From Candidatus Altimarinota bacterium (GTDB taxonomy: Bacteria > Patescibacteriota > Gracilibacteria > UBA4473): 40,000 nt of DNA. The notes below the pieces were generated by a model that saw only the letters and a program-made list of their open reading frames with translations, did no database searches and was not told where the DNA came from. Of this stretch, positions 1 through 8,847 are shown in pieces (position 1 is the stretch's first letter; the number at the start of each line of letters is the position of its first letter). The DNA lies in the NCBI GenBank assembly GCA_963677105.1, contig OY781871.1, positions 469,090 to 509,089 of the forward strand, written 5' to 3'. A program made the position numbers and the translations under genes.

Positions 1-461
1 TCAAGAAAACTCGCCCAAACAGATTTATTCTGTGCTCGTTGTGGTTCAAGCGGAACAACTACGAAAAATTTCTTTTCCATAATGTCAGAAAACTCTACTA
101 ATTTTTGAATGAAATCGATGTATCCAGACATTTGCTCACGAAGTAAATCGTTTTCAATTTCGTTCTGACGTGTTTTGAGTTTTGAAATATAGGCATCAAT
201 ATCTAGTTTTCGTGACCGTACTTGAATTTGTACTGGAAAATTTAAAGCATTTAAAAATCCTTGATAACTAGAAATAAGTGCACTTTGTTCTGCTTCGGAT
301 TTCAAATTAAAATTTACCGATTGAACTTCTAAAACAGCCCTCAATCCTCCGTTTTTTAACACAAGCGTGTCATCATGTACTTCAGAGAACTGAAGATATC
401 GCTGCGTGGAAACCAGCTGATTTTGAGACCCCTGACGAACGGATGATTTTTGTTTTTTCAT
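1..461 (-). CDS. VirB4/TraC-like type IV secretion ATPase, N-terminal fragment (runs off the window; absent from the supplied ORF track)
   Basis: My own minus-strand translation from the ATG at 461-459 reads MKKQKSSVRQGSQNQLVSTQRYLQFSEVHDDTLVLKNGGLRAVLEVQSVNFNLKSEAEQSALISSYQGFLNALNFPVQIQVRSRKLDIDAYISKLKTRQNEIENDLLREQMSGYIDFIQKLVEFSDIMEKKFFVVVPLEP. It stays open to position 1. As I recall it, this matches the N-terminus of VirB4-like ATPases that follow PrgI in monoderm/CPR loci. The start lies 4 nt after the PrgI-like stop. Confidence 0.6.
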   Translation of the reverse strand, partial: MKKQKSSVRQGSQNQLVSTQRYLQFSEVHDDTLVLKNGGLRAVLEVQSVNFNLKSEAEQSALISSYQGFLNALNFPVQIQVRSRKLDIDAYISKLKTRQNEIENDLLREQMSGYIDFIQKLVEFSDIMEKKFFVVVPLEPQRAQNKSVWASFL

Positions 462-464
462 TTT

Positions 465-914
465 TTATTGGGCTTCTGGAACACCTTCACTATCTAATAA
501 TTTTGCTAACGAGCGAACTTTTTCAGAAGAAAATTCTTCTTGATGCGTATCCATTTCTGGCTGTTTTTTGACTGTTTTCATTGAAAACGGAGTTGTCATT
601 GAAACAAATGGTTCTCCCGCATGTTTCATCCAACGACGACGTGACTGTCGAAAAACAACCTGTTCTATTTGTAATAATACAAACTTAAACAAAGAAATTC
701 CATGAATTTTTAAAAATGCGATTGTTGCAGACAGAGCGGCTGGAATCCAGCACAAAATAATTTCTATTTGATGTAATTCGTATTGCTTTGAAAGAGAATT
801 GGAAAGCGTATATGAAATTCCAAACCCAAGAATTAGAACAATAACTTGACGCAAAGTAAGGAACCAGAGGATCTGGTCTTCTCTTTGCACGTCTTGTGGA
901 ACTTTAAATCTCAT
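465..914 (-). CDS. PrgI-family small membrane protein (type IV secretion-like locus)
   Basis: 149 aa. The N-terminus MRFKVPQDVQREDQILWFLTLRQVIVLILGFGISY and two TM segments are typical of the PrgI family. It sits immediately upstream of the VirB4-like ORF. Confidence 0.55.
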   Translation of the reverse strand: MRFKVPQDVQREDQILWFLTLRQVIVLILGFGISYTLSNSLSKQYELHQIEIILCWIPAALSATIAFLKIHGISLFKFVLLQIEQVVFRQSRRRWMKHAGEPFVSMTTPFSMKTVKKQPEMDTHQEEFSSEKVRSLAKLLDSEGVPEAQ

Positions 915-993
915 CGAATAATTATATCACAATGTTTGAAAAAAAACAACCCTGATGCTACACTCTGAGCGAGTTTTTTGTATCCATAAAATT

Positions 994-2499
994 ATGTGCG
1001 AGGAAAATCATTTGATTGCAGAGCGTCGAGCGAAAATTGCTGAGTGGGAAAAGGCTGGATTTCCAGCGTATGCACAGAAGTTTGATCGCACGCACACTGC
1101 GCAGGAAGCACGAGAATTTTGCGAAGAAACAACGCTCCGAGAAGTTCCTGAGATTGTTGAAAACCCAAATATTCAGGCAAAAATATGTGGTCGAATTATG
1201 AATTTTCGATCAATGGGAAAATTAGCTTTTTTAAAAATACGAGATGTTTCTGGAGATTTTCAAGTTTGTTTGATGAAAAATCTACTGGGAGAAGATTTTA
1301 AAAAGTTTGAAAAATTATTAGATCTGGGTGATTTTTGTGGATTTGAAGGAGAATTTTTTCTCACAAAACACGGAGAGCCAACATTACTTTCAACGGAAGT
1401 AACACCTTTGGCAAAAACATTACGACCACTTCCTGAAAAATTTCACGGACTTGCGAATCGGGAAGGCTGTTATCGTCAAAGATATCTTGATTTGTTAACG
1501 AACGATGAAACGTTTCGTCGATTTCAAATTCGGTCTGAGGTTATCCGATTAATTCGTGAATTTTTACATAAAAAACAGTTTACTGAAGTTGAAACACGAA
1601 CACTTCAAGCTCAAGCTGGAGGCGCTATGGCAAAAGTATTTGAAACACATCATAACGCACTAGATCATGAATTTGTGTTACGAATCTCTCTTGAGCTAGA
1701 ACACAAAATGCTTCTTGCCGGACGATTCGAGCGAGTATTCGAGATTGGAAAATGTTTCCGAAATGAAGGAATCGATCCAAGTCATCTGCAGGAATTTACG
1801 CTTCTTGAATGGTATGCAGCATATGCAGACATTACAGATAATATGAATTGGACTCAGGCGATGATTCAATCAATTATTCCTAAAGTATTGGGAGATTCTA
1901 AATGTATGGTTTTGGATAAAAGCGAAAAAAAGGTAGAAATCGATTGGAACGGAAAATGGCCACGAGTGAAGTTTTCTGATTTACTAAAAAAATACGCCAA
2001 GATTGATATGCAAACTATTTCGCTTAAAGAATTGCGTGAATATGCGATAAAAAAATGTGATTTACCGACCGAAGAAGCAATGAAAATGGGGCGAGGGAAT
2101 CTCCTAGATCACGTGTATAAAAAGACGGCTCGTCCATCGTTAATTCAACCAACATTTGTTGTGGATTGGCCAACCGAATTGAAACCTCTTGCTCGACCAA
2201 ATGACGATGGAACAAGTGATGTATATCAATTGCTTGTCGCTGGATGGGAAATTGTAAATTCTTACGGAGAACTTATTGACCCACGTGTTCAAAGAAAACT
2301 CCTTGAAGATCAATCTGCTGCCAAAAGTGCGGGAGATGAAGAAGCAATGGAAGTGGACGAAGAATTTCTTACTGCAATGGAACATGGCCTTCCACCGATG
2401 ACTGGATTTGGAATGGGAATTGATAGATTTGTTGCGCTCATCACGGGACAACCAAATCTCCGAGATGTAGTTTTACATCCACTTCTTCGTCCCGAATAA
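994..2499 (+). CDS. lysS: Lysine--tRNA ligase, class II
   Basis: N-terminus EENHLIAERRAKIAEWEKAGFPAYAQKFDRTHTAQEA, an OB-fold region and class II motifs (FRNEGID, GFGMGIDR). The start is moved to the internal ATG at 994 to match the conserved LysRS N-terminus. Confidence 0.93.
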   Translation: MCEENHLIAERRAKIAEWEKAGFPAYAQKFDRTHTAQEAREFCEETTLREVPEIVENPNIQAKICGRIMNFRSMGKLAFLKIRDVSGDFQVCLMKNLLGEDFKKFEKLLDLGDFCGFEGEFFLTKHGEPTLLSTEVTPLAKTLRPLPEKFHGLANREGCYRQRYLDLLTNDETFRRFQIRSEVIRLIREFLHKKQFTEVETRTLQAQAGGAMAKVFETHHNALDHEFVLRISLELEHKMLLAGRFERVFEIGKCFRNEGIDPSHLQEFTLLEWYAAYADITDNMNWTQAMIQSIIPKVLGDSKCMVLDKSEKKVEIDWNGKWPRVKFSDLLKKYAKIDMQTISLKELREYAIKKCDLPTEEAMKMGRGNLLDHVYKKTARPSLIQPTFVVDWPTELKPLARPNDDGTSDVYQLLVAGWEIVNSYGELIDPRVQRKLLEDQSAAKSAGDEEAMEVDEEFLTAMEHGLPPMTGFGMGIDRFVALITGQPNLRDVVLHPLLRPE

Positions 2500-2528
2500 A
2501 ATTTTCTACGAAATATATCACTCTTTGT

Positions 2529-2558
2529 TGCAAGGGAAATAAGCTTGCATTTATTTTG
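2529..2558 (+). terminator. Weak rho-independent terminator after lysS
   Basis: Stem TGCAAG (2529-2534) pairs with CTTGCA (2544-2549), with a 9-nt loop, followed by TTTATTTT. Confidence 0.4.
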
Positions 2559-2612
2559 TGAAAGGATTATGAAAAAAAAACCAGCGGAGCGCCCTCTTTT
2601 CCCTTTAACGAC

Positions 2613-3140
2613 ATGGCTTCTCCTATTTCGGCGTCGAAAAATTTTGAATTCGTTGTTCGCAGAACGTTCTGGTTTCCTATGATAAAAATAATTTTGTGGA
2701 ACTTTTTTGTAGAAGGACTGAATCAAATTGTTTTGCTCGGTGGAAAATGGCTCGAAGTACCGCTCCCTGAAACTCGCATCCACATATTTTTTCATCTTAT
2801 GGGACTAATTGGAACTATTTGGATCTTTCTCAACTGGAACGCAATTCGATACACGCTCACAAACACGCAAATTATATTAGATCACGGAATTTTAAATATC
2901 GATCGAAACACATTTTTATTTCGAAATATCGAATGTGTAAAATTACACAAAAGTCTTATCGGACGAATTCTTTCTTTTGGAACCATTGAAATGTATTCTC
3001 CAACACTTCAGGAACATTTGTTTCTGCGAAATGTAGGAAAAGCAAAAAAATATGCAAAACTTATTCAAAAAAGTATTTCTCAACAACAACGTGCTAATGT
3101 TATTTATCCAATGCGGGAGGCGGTCATGAATGCCACGTAA
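2613..3140 (+). CDS. bPH_2 (YdbS/YdbT-like) PH-domain membrane protein
   Basis: Two N-terminal TM segments, then IRYTLTNTQIILDHGILNIDRNTFLFRNIECVKLHKSLIGRILSFGTIEMYSP, the bacterial PH-domain pattern. Confidence 0.6.
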   Translation: MASPISASKNFEFVVRRTFWFPMIKIILWNFFVEGLNQIVLLGGKWLEVPLPETRIHIFFHLMGLIGTIWIFLNWNAIRYTLTNTQIILDHGILNIDRNTFLFRNIECVKLHKSLIGRILSFGTIEMYSPTLQEHLFLRNVGKAKKYAKLIQKSISQQQRANVIYPMREAVMNAT

Positions 3141-3142
3141 AA

Positions 3143-4651
3143 TCAATGCAAAAATGCTCGAGTTCCCGTAAGTACCATCGAAATATTTAATTCATCTGCT
3201 TTTGCGAAAACTTCCTCATCACGAATAGAACCTCCTGGCTGAATAATTGCGGCCACTTTTGCTGCCCCTGCAATTTCAATTCCATCTGCAAATGGGAAAA
3301 ATGCATCACTCGCAATAACGGCTCCTTCTGCTTTTTCTCCTGCATTTTCAATCGCAATTTTCATCGCTTCTACACGAGAAGTTTGTCCTCCGCCTTTCCC
3401 AATCATTGCCCCATCTTTTACTACCACAATTGCATTCGATTTTACTATTTTTACAATTTCCCATGCTGTGAGCATATCTTTTAATTGGTTTTCTGTTGGC
3501 TTATTTTCTCCTACAAATTCAACATTTTTCTCGTCAATCGTATGAATGTCCAAGTCTTGAACAAGCGTTCCTCCTCGAACTCGACGAAGCGCAATATCTT
3601 CTGATTTTTCATGAAAATTTGGTACACGTAATACTCGAAGATTTTTCTTTGTTTTCAAGAGTTTCAGAGCATCATCATCAAAATCTGGTGCAATAACTAC
3701 TTCGTTGAAAAATGAAATAATATTTTCAGCCACAGCTTTACTTACTTTTTTATTAATCGCAATAATTCCCCCAAAAGCAGATGTTTGATCTCCGTTTCCC
3801 CAACTTCGATTCCACGCATCTTCAATCGTTTCTCCTGTTGCCGCACAACACGGAGTTGCGTGTTTTATGATACAAACAAACGGTTTTTCAAAAGAAATTG
3901 CTAACTCAAGCGCTCCAGTTGCGTCCTGATAATTGTTGTACGACATTGGTTTTCCGTTCAGCAATTCTGCATCAACAAGATTTACTCCATTTGAAAATGG
4001 ATCGCGAAGTAATACTGCGGGCTGATGTGGATTTTCTCCATAACGAAGTCCTCCTATGGGTGTTTTTTTTGCGCCTTCTGACCAAAATTTTGCAATCAAT
4101 AAATCGTAATGTGCTGTCATTTCAAATACTTTCGTTGCTAAGTCTTTTCGTGTTTTGAGAGAAATTCCTCCCGCTGTTTTTAATTCCTCAATAATGTTTT
4201 CATAATCCGAAGGATCAACTATCGGTGCACAAAATTCATAATTTTTTGCAGCGGCACGAATCATCGACGGTCCACCAATATCAATTTGTTCTACTTTGTC
4301 TTCAAATGTTTTCTCTGGATCCATGTATGCATTTTTAAATGGATACAAATTCACAATCACAAGATCTACATTGTCGATATTATTCTCCTTGCAAAAGTTC
4401 TGATGTTCTGCGTTATTTCGCAAACTCAAAATTCCACCAAAAATCTGTGGAGTCAGTGTTTTAATTCGTCCTTCAAGCCCTTCTGGGAACCCGGTAAAAT
4501 CCGCCACTTCGATCATATTTTTCACTCCTGCTTCTTTCAGTGCACGAAATGTTCCACCAGTAGAAATAATGCGATAATCGAGCTTTTCTAATTCAAGAGC
4601 AAATTCAGCAATACCTGATTTATCTGAAACGGAAATAAGTGCGTTTTTCAT
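3143..4651 (-). CDS. purH: Bifunctional AICAR transformylase / IMP cyclohydrolase
   Basis: MKNALISVSDKSGIAEFALELEKLDYRIISTGGT (MGS-like domain), and a C-terminus ending AFLH. The start is trimmed to the ATG at 4651 because the 39-aa extension in the track is not PurH-like. Confidence 0.93.
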   Translation of the reverse strand: MKNALISVSDKSGIAEFALELEKLDYRIISTGGTFRALKEAGVKNMIEVADFTGFPEGLEGRIKTLTPQIFGGILSLRNNAEHQNFCKENNIDNVDLVIVNLYPFKNAYMDPEKTFEDKVEQIDIGGPSMIRAAAKNYEFCAPIVDPSDYENIIEELKTAGGISLKTRKDLATKVFEMTAHYDLLIAKFWSEGAKKTPIGGLRYGENPHQPAVLLRDPFSNGVNLVDAELLNGKPMSYNNYQDATGALELAISFEKPFVCIIKHATPCCAATGETIEDAWNRSWGNGDQTSAFGGIIAINKKVSKAVAENIISFFNEVVIAPDFDDDALKLLKTKKNLRVLRVPNFHEKSEDIALRRVRGGTLVQDLDIHTIDEKNVEFVGENKPTENQLKDMLTAWEIVKIVKSNAIVVVKDGAMIGKGGGQTSRVEAMKIAIENAGEKAEGAVIASDAFFPFADGIEIAGAAKVAAIIQPGGSIRDEEVFAKADELNISMVLTGTRAFLH

Positions 4652-4795
4652 AAGAGAAGTTTTATAAATTCGCCGCGAGTGTACTTTTTTTGGCGAACTT
4701 TTCCAGTAAAATTTAAACAACGGAAAAGAGCTCTGTGTGTAAACACCGAGCCCATTTCTTTTAAACAATCAATATCAACCAGTCGAGGGAATTGC

Positions 4796-5287
4796 CTAAC
4801 CGATCTCCTCGAGCAGAATTTCCGTTTCTCGCTGGAGTGATTCCAACGAATCACTTCCGTGCATTCCATTGAGCCCGATGTCCCAATTGAAATACTTCTT
4901 CCCTTGTGCGCGAATTGTGAGAGTTCCCAATGGAAGTCCTAACTTCTCGCACCATTCATCAGGGATTGCACCAGCTTTATCTGGGTTTGTTGCACCCATG
5001 ATAACGCGTAGAACTTTCCATGCAGGGAGTTCGTCCTCTCTTTTTAAGGAAATCAACAATAGATCTGGTGTCATCATATTATCAATGATTTCCTGAAAGA
5101 TTTCCGGAGAAACTTCCTGTTCTTTATGTGCATACCACTTTTTAGCCCCTTCTTCACTAAAAGTGATAGCGGACTCTGTGCTAATTTTGAACTTTCCAAT
5201 CGTCAATAGTTGTTCCTTTACGAACTTCTCTTGCTCAGGATCTCCGGCCGTGTTTTTTTTCAAGATTGTAAAATTTACGTCAGGCAT
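4796..5287 (-). CDS. ndk: Nucleoside-diphosphate kinase-like protein, divergent with an insertion
   Basis: NDK motifs VLRVIMGATNPDKA, GTLTIRAQ and NGMHGSDSLESLQRE (catalytic His context). An SD-like AAAGGGG lies 8 nt upstream of the ATG. Confidence 0.55.
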   Translation of the reverse strand: MPDVNFTILKKNTAGDPEQEKFVKEQLLTIGKFKISTESAITFSEEGAKKWYAHKEQEVSPEIFQEIIDNMMTPDLLLISLKREDELPAWKVLRVIMGATNPDKAGAIPDEWCEKLGLPLGTLTIRAQGKKYFNWDIGLNGMHGSDSLESLQRETEILLEEIG

Positions 5288-5488
5288 TTCTTACCCCTTT
5301 TCTTTCTTTTCTCTGCCAAATTTGGACAGGAAGCTCTCCGCAAATACGAAGAATTTCCTGCCCAATTAAATATTGATTGTTTGAAAGATCAATCGCTTAC
5401 ATGATTCAAAAACATGAATCTATGAAAGACGGCGTACTTTTAACGTAAAATGCAAAAAATGTCAATCAAAGAATTTATATATGAAGAA

Positions 5489-5520
5489 GTCCCAGATAGC
5501 CATTACTGATTATTTGGGAC
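5489..5520 (-). terminator. Hairpin terminator downstream of the 149-aa ORF
   Basis: 10-bp stem GTCCCAGATA (5489-5498) with TATTTGGGAC (5511-5520), one G-U pair, 12-nt loop, 11 nt past the stop. The U-tail on the minus strand is modest. Confidence 0.4.
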
Positions 5521-5531
5521 TTATTTCTTTT

Positions 5532-5981
5532 TTATTCCGATTCTGAAAAAATGAGAAAACACTCTATGTGTTCTTTATTTAGAACTTCTACTTCTCCCTG
5601 TAAAAGCTTCCAACAACTGTCGTTGAAATTCTCGAACCCTTCCTCCCATGAAGAAAGCAAGATTAGTATACAAGGAACCGGCTTCTTAATTGATAATAAT
5701 TCCGGTGGAAATTGATCCTTATTCCCGTGTTCGTTTGGAACCAATTTTATTTTATTAAATCTAAATTCGCCAAAAAATTGGTTTTTTCGAAATTTATCAA
5801 GAAGCACATCAATGTCTGTTTGAGAGACAATGAATAATGTTGCAACTTGACTTTTGATTAATGCTTTTGCCAAAGTATTCCTCCTTTTCTTCCGTTTATT
5901 AATATATTTCGCAATCTGAAATAAAAAAGATCTCGCCAAGATGGAATCAAAAAATTCTTGATCCATTTTAGACGACTGCAT
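5532..5981 (-). CDS. Hypothetical protein (no family recognised)
   Basis: Clean 149-aa ORF with its own promoter-like TTGACA (complement of 6002-6007) and its own hairpin. An alternative start is Met6 at 5966. Confidence 0.45.
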   Translation of the reverse strand: MQSSKMDQEFFDSILARSFLFQIAKYINKRKKRRNTLAKALIKSQVATLFIVSQTDIDVLLDKFRKNQFFGEFRFNKIKLVPNEHGNKDQFPPELLSIKKPVPCILILLSSWEEGFENFNDSCWKLLQGEVEVLNKEHIECFLIFSESE

Positions 5982-6023
5982 TTTTCATGTATCTTAAAAA
6001 ATGTCAACATATCAATTAATCCT

Positions 6024-6050
6024 AAAAAAATCCCCGCGCAAAGCACGGGG
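6024..6050 (-). terminator. Rho-independent terminator of the 224-aa ORF
   Basis: On the minus strand: CCCCG-UGCUUUGCG-CGGGG followed by A and seven U (plus-strand A-run 6024-6030). It lies 6 nt after the stop at 6057. Confidence 0.55.
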
Positions 6051-6056
6051 CGGTAT

Positions 6057-6731
6057 CTAGTTTTTTCCAATAGGTGGATAGTTATATTTCGATTGAATTT
6101 CTGCATTCCAGGAACTCAATTGCTCCATAGAGTGCGGAAACTCTATTCCGTTCATGTCAGAAAAAAGCCCAAAGATTTTCTCTGTGAACCGATCCCTCTC
6201 TATTTCAAGAAAGATTGTCAAAGAACCTCCGTTCTGTGAAAAAATAGTTACTCCTCTCTGGATACCCTTCTTTCGTAGAACTTCGACAAAACCTTCTATC
6301 CCCGCAGCTTCTTTCAGAATAACTGGAAAATAGACGATTTCCGGATTCAGGTCTGGGAACTCGGGACTGTTGCGCATGTATGAATACATATGCGCCCAAT
6401 CTCCAAAACAAATAGGAGCATATATCCCTTCTTTCTTTTCTAAAAAGTTCTGTACTTTTTGATAACGAGACAGGATATTTCCCTCATCTTTCTTTAGACA
6501 AGAAACCCAAACAATGGGGACTCTTCTCCCAGACAATTCTTGAGCAATTCGATTTTTCTCTGGAAACTCTTCTCCAAAAAGATCCTTCCAGAAAGAGGTT
6601 CCTCTGTCTTTGTAACACAATCCTAATTCAAAGGATTTTTCTAGTTCTTTTGTCACTTCCGTTAACATCTCAAGAGATGCCTCTGGACTGATTACAAATG
6701 GAAAGAATTCTTTCCCTTTTCTTGTTTGCAT
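6057..6731 (-). CDS. Hypothetical protein (no family recognised)
   Basis: 224-aa ORF with SD AAAGGAG 7 nt upstream of the ATG, plus its own promoter and terminator. Confidence 0.5.
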   Translation of the reverse strand: MQTRKGKEFFPFVISPEASLEMLTEVTKELEKSFELGLCYKDRGTSFWKDLFGEEFPEKNRIAQELSGRRVPIVWVSCLKKDEGNILSRYQKVQNFLEKKEGIYAPICFGDWAHMYSYMRNSPEFPDLNPEIVYFPVILKEAAGIEGFVEVLRKKGIQRGVTIFSQNGGSLTIFLEIERDRFTEKIFGLFSDMNGIEFPHSMEQLSSWNAEIQSKYNYPPIGKN

Positions 6732-6882
6732 TACTCACTCCTTTTTTTTATTCTACCCAGCATTAGGCAGGAATCTTCTCGCCAAGACAAAAAGGTCTCT
6801 ACCTAATAACCTATTGAAATGAAAAAGATCTCTTACCAACTGTGGATTCAAATATTGTATCTGCTCCAAGTTGGACAAGGGT

Positions 6883-6910
6883 CTTATACTCTTTTTTTGT
6901 AAAATGTCAA
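6883..6910 (-). promoter_or_regulatory. Sigma70-like promoter for the 224-aa ORF
   Basis: On the minus strand: TTGACA (complement of 6905-6910), 16-nt spacer, TATAAG (complement of 6883-6888). Confidence 0.45.
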
Positions 6911-6925
6911 CCTGTATCAGAAACT

Positions 6926-6953
6926 TTGGCAAAAGAATTTCACAGAGTATACT
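6926..6953 (+). promoter_or_regulatory. Promoter of rmuC; predicts a leaderless mRNA
   Basis: TTGGCA (6926-6931), 16-nt spacer, TATACT (6948-6953), then 7 nt to the ATG at 6961. Confidence 0.5.
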
Positions 6954-6960
6954 CCCTAAG

Positions 6961-8013
6961 ATGGACACAACAATGTATATACTCGGTGGGCTTATTTTAG
7001 TGGCAGTGATTACGCTCATTGTACTTCAACTCCGATCACAAGCGACTGAAAATCCTCAGGTTTTGGAAGAATTGAAGCGAGATCGCGAAACACGGTTCCG
7101 AGAAGCAGAAGCATTGAAAAATGAACTTCGTTCAACACGAGAAGATTTACAAAAACAATTTCACCGAGTCAATCAAACGGTTGACACAAAGCTTTCTGAA
7201 AATTCAAAACAGCTCAATAATCGACTCGATAAAAGTTCTCTTGTAATTGGAAATCTTCAAAAAGAACTGGGGAAGATGGGGGAAATCGGAGCAAAGATTG
7301 AAAATCTTGATAAAATTCTTCGTGCCCCAAAAGGACGTGGTTCCCTTGGAGAACAAACTCTGGAAGAACTTCTCAGTACAACTTTTCCTGTAAATATGTG
7401 GGGACGACAAGTAGCTATTGGACGAGTTGGCGTTGTGGATGCTGTTGTAAAAACTTCGAACGGAATGATTCCGATTGATGCAAAATTTCCACTCCCTGCC
7501 TTCGAAGCATTAGTAAATGCAGAAAATGATAAAGACCGTGACGAAGCACAACGCGAGTTTCAAAAAAATGTAAAATCTCGAATTAATGAAGTAGCAAAAT
7601 ATATTCAGCCGAGTGAGGGGACTTTGGATTTCGCAATTATTTTTCTTCCAAACGAAAATATTTATTACGAGGCAGCTATTCGTTCTGTCGATTTGTCGGA
7701 ATATGCACGTACGAAAAAAGTGCTTATTACTGGACCAAATACAATGTTGTATGTGCTTCAAGTTTTGTTGCAAGCATATCAATCTCAACAATTTGCGTCA
7801 AAGGCAAAAGAAGCTCTTGCACAACTTACTGGCGTAAAAAATCAGGCACAGAAACTCGATGAAGCCATTGCTTTGGTAGAAAAACATCTTGGAAATGCTG
7901 GATCCAAGTTGGGAGATGTAAAAAAGGAAAACGAAAAATTACAAACACAAATTGAAAAAGTGACAGAACTCGAGTCTGGACTTGATGCCGAACAAGCACC
8001 TTTATTAAAATAA
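6961..8013 (+). CDS. rmuC: DNA recombination protein RmuC
   Basis: N-terminal TM segment, long coiled coil, then the RmuC core LRAPKGRGSLGEQTLEELL, IPIDAKFPL, DFAIIFLPNENIYYEA. The start is trimmed to 6961. Confidence 0.85.
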   Translation: MDTTMYILGGLILVAVITLIVLQLRSQATENPQVLEELKRDRETRFREAEALKNELRSTREDLQKQFHRVNQTVDTKLSENSKQLNNRLDKSSLVIGNLQKELGKMGEIGAKIENLDKILRAPKGRGSLGEQTLEELLSTTFPVNMWGRQVAIGRVGVVDAVVKTSNGMIPIDAKFPLPAFEALVNAENDKDRDEAQREFQKNVKSRINEVAKYIQPSEGTLDFAIIFLPNENIYYEAAIRSVDLSEYARTKKVLITGPNTMLYVLQVLLQAYQSQQFASKAKEALAQLTGVKNQAQKLDEAIALVEKHLGNAGSKLGDVKKENEKLQTQIEKVTELESGLDAEQAPLLK

Positions 8014-8017
8014 CTAA

Positions 8018-8052
8018 AGTTTGTACTTTACTCTTTGTTATTTGAAATTTGA
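8018..8052. repeat. Heptamer-phased array A (5 units)
   Basis: AGTTTGT ACTTTAC TCTTTGT TATTTGA AATTTGA. It fills the 39-nt gap between the convergent stop codons of rmuC (8011-8013) and the PilX-like gene (8053-8055). Confidence 0.6.
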
Positions 8053-8847
8053 TCAATTCTCTCTGTGCAATAATCCAAAATCAAAAAACGGATTAAGGTT
8101 TTTTTGTCGATACTCAAATTCGATAATTTTTTCTCGCCCAGCGGCTTTCCCAATTGCTCGCACATGTGTTTGTGCTGGTGCCATTTCTCCATTTAATGAC
8201 TTTACTTTTCCTGATATATTACCATTACCAAAATTTGTAAGAGAGATAAAACATAAGTCGTCATCTAAAAATGAACTTAAAAAATCTTGAATATTTTTAT
8301 CAACTGGTAAATCCGTTCCATTGTCCCACCCTCCTATTGATATTTCTGTTATTAGATTTCCACTTGCACGAGCCTGTAGCATTTCTGTTGTGTTCACAAG
8401 AGAATTATTACATTGGATTTTCCACTGTAAATCGCTCACTGTAGCCGGTGGATCAATATTGATTTCAAAGTCTTTAACTAATTTTTGTACCACAAGCATT
8501 TCGTCATTTGTATCAAGCCCTAATTGCCAACGAAGTATTGTTTTGGGCGGAAGGGAAAAGGGAAACTCTGTTTTTGAATTTTCTACAAACACTTCTGTAA
8601 TCGATGCATTCGGAAGAATTGTTTCGATATTTACGTAATTTATTGGCGATGTCTTCAAGGAAAGCAATGATTGTTCAACTCCTGATTCCGCTGCGAAATA
8701 AGCTCTTTCTGCAAGCAATAAATCTGCTGAAAACTGGAGTTCGTCCGAAACAATCTTGGTCAAAGCAAGTGCAAGAGAAATCAACATTCCTGAGATTATC
8801 AGTGTCGGAAGAAGAATCGTTCCATCGTTTTTCACACGAATATTCAT
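8053..8847 (-). CDS. PilX-like minor pilus component (N-terminal TM anchor)
   Basis: MNIRVKNDGTILLPTLIISGMLISLALALTKIV followed by AERAYFAAESGVEQ. It is the last gene of the pseudopilin operon, and its ATG overlaps the upstream stop (ATGA). Confidence 0.5.
   Translation of the reverse strand: MNIRVKNDGTILLPTLIISGMLISLALALTKIVSDELQFSADLLLAERAYFAAESGVEQSLLSLKTSPINYVNIETILPNASITEVFVENSKTEFPFSLPPKTILRWQLGLDTNDEMLVVQKLVKDFEINIDPPATVSDLQWKIQCNNSLVNTTEMLQARASGNLITEISIGGWDNGTDLPVDKNIQDFLSSFLDDDLCFISLTNFGNGNISGKVKSLNGEMAPAQTHVRAIGKAAGREKIIEFEYRQKNLNPFFDFGLLHREN

Noticed and set aside
209-240. Heptamer-like stretch GTACTTG AATTTGT ACTGGAA, and CACTTTGTTCTG at 281-292, resembling the intergenic arrays.
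   Set aside because: They lie inside the VirB4-like coding sequence, have only 2-3 imperfect units, and are explained by codons (QIQVR, EQSAL). This is a useful caution that short matches occur by chance in this AT-rich genome.
3143-3145. UGA recoding (code 25, as in Gracilibacteria/SR1), given the CPR-like flavour.
   Set aside because: TGA terminates purH and the T9SS-CTD gene exactly where the families normally end, and conserved genes contain no in-frame TGA.
4652-4768. N-terminal extensions in the ORF track (purH to 4768, giant gene to 26206, purL to 34274, rmuC from 6871, Trx-CcdA from 17093, PIG-L from 15162, lexA from 37836, lysS from 955).
   Set aside because: The extensions do not match conserved family N-termini, overlap neighbouring genes or promoters, and internal ATGs restore canonical N-termini or signal peptides.
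4652-4795. Possible ZTP (pfl) riboswitch upstream of purH: the minus-strand leader contains CGACUGGUUGA, reminiscent of the GUGACUGGCG core.
   Set aside because: The obligatory 3' element CCGCCUGGGC and the pseudoknot partners are absent. Only a TTCGCC...GGCGAA hairpin (4669-4697) is present.
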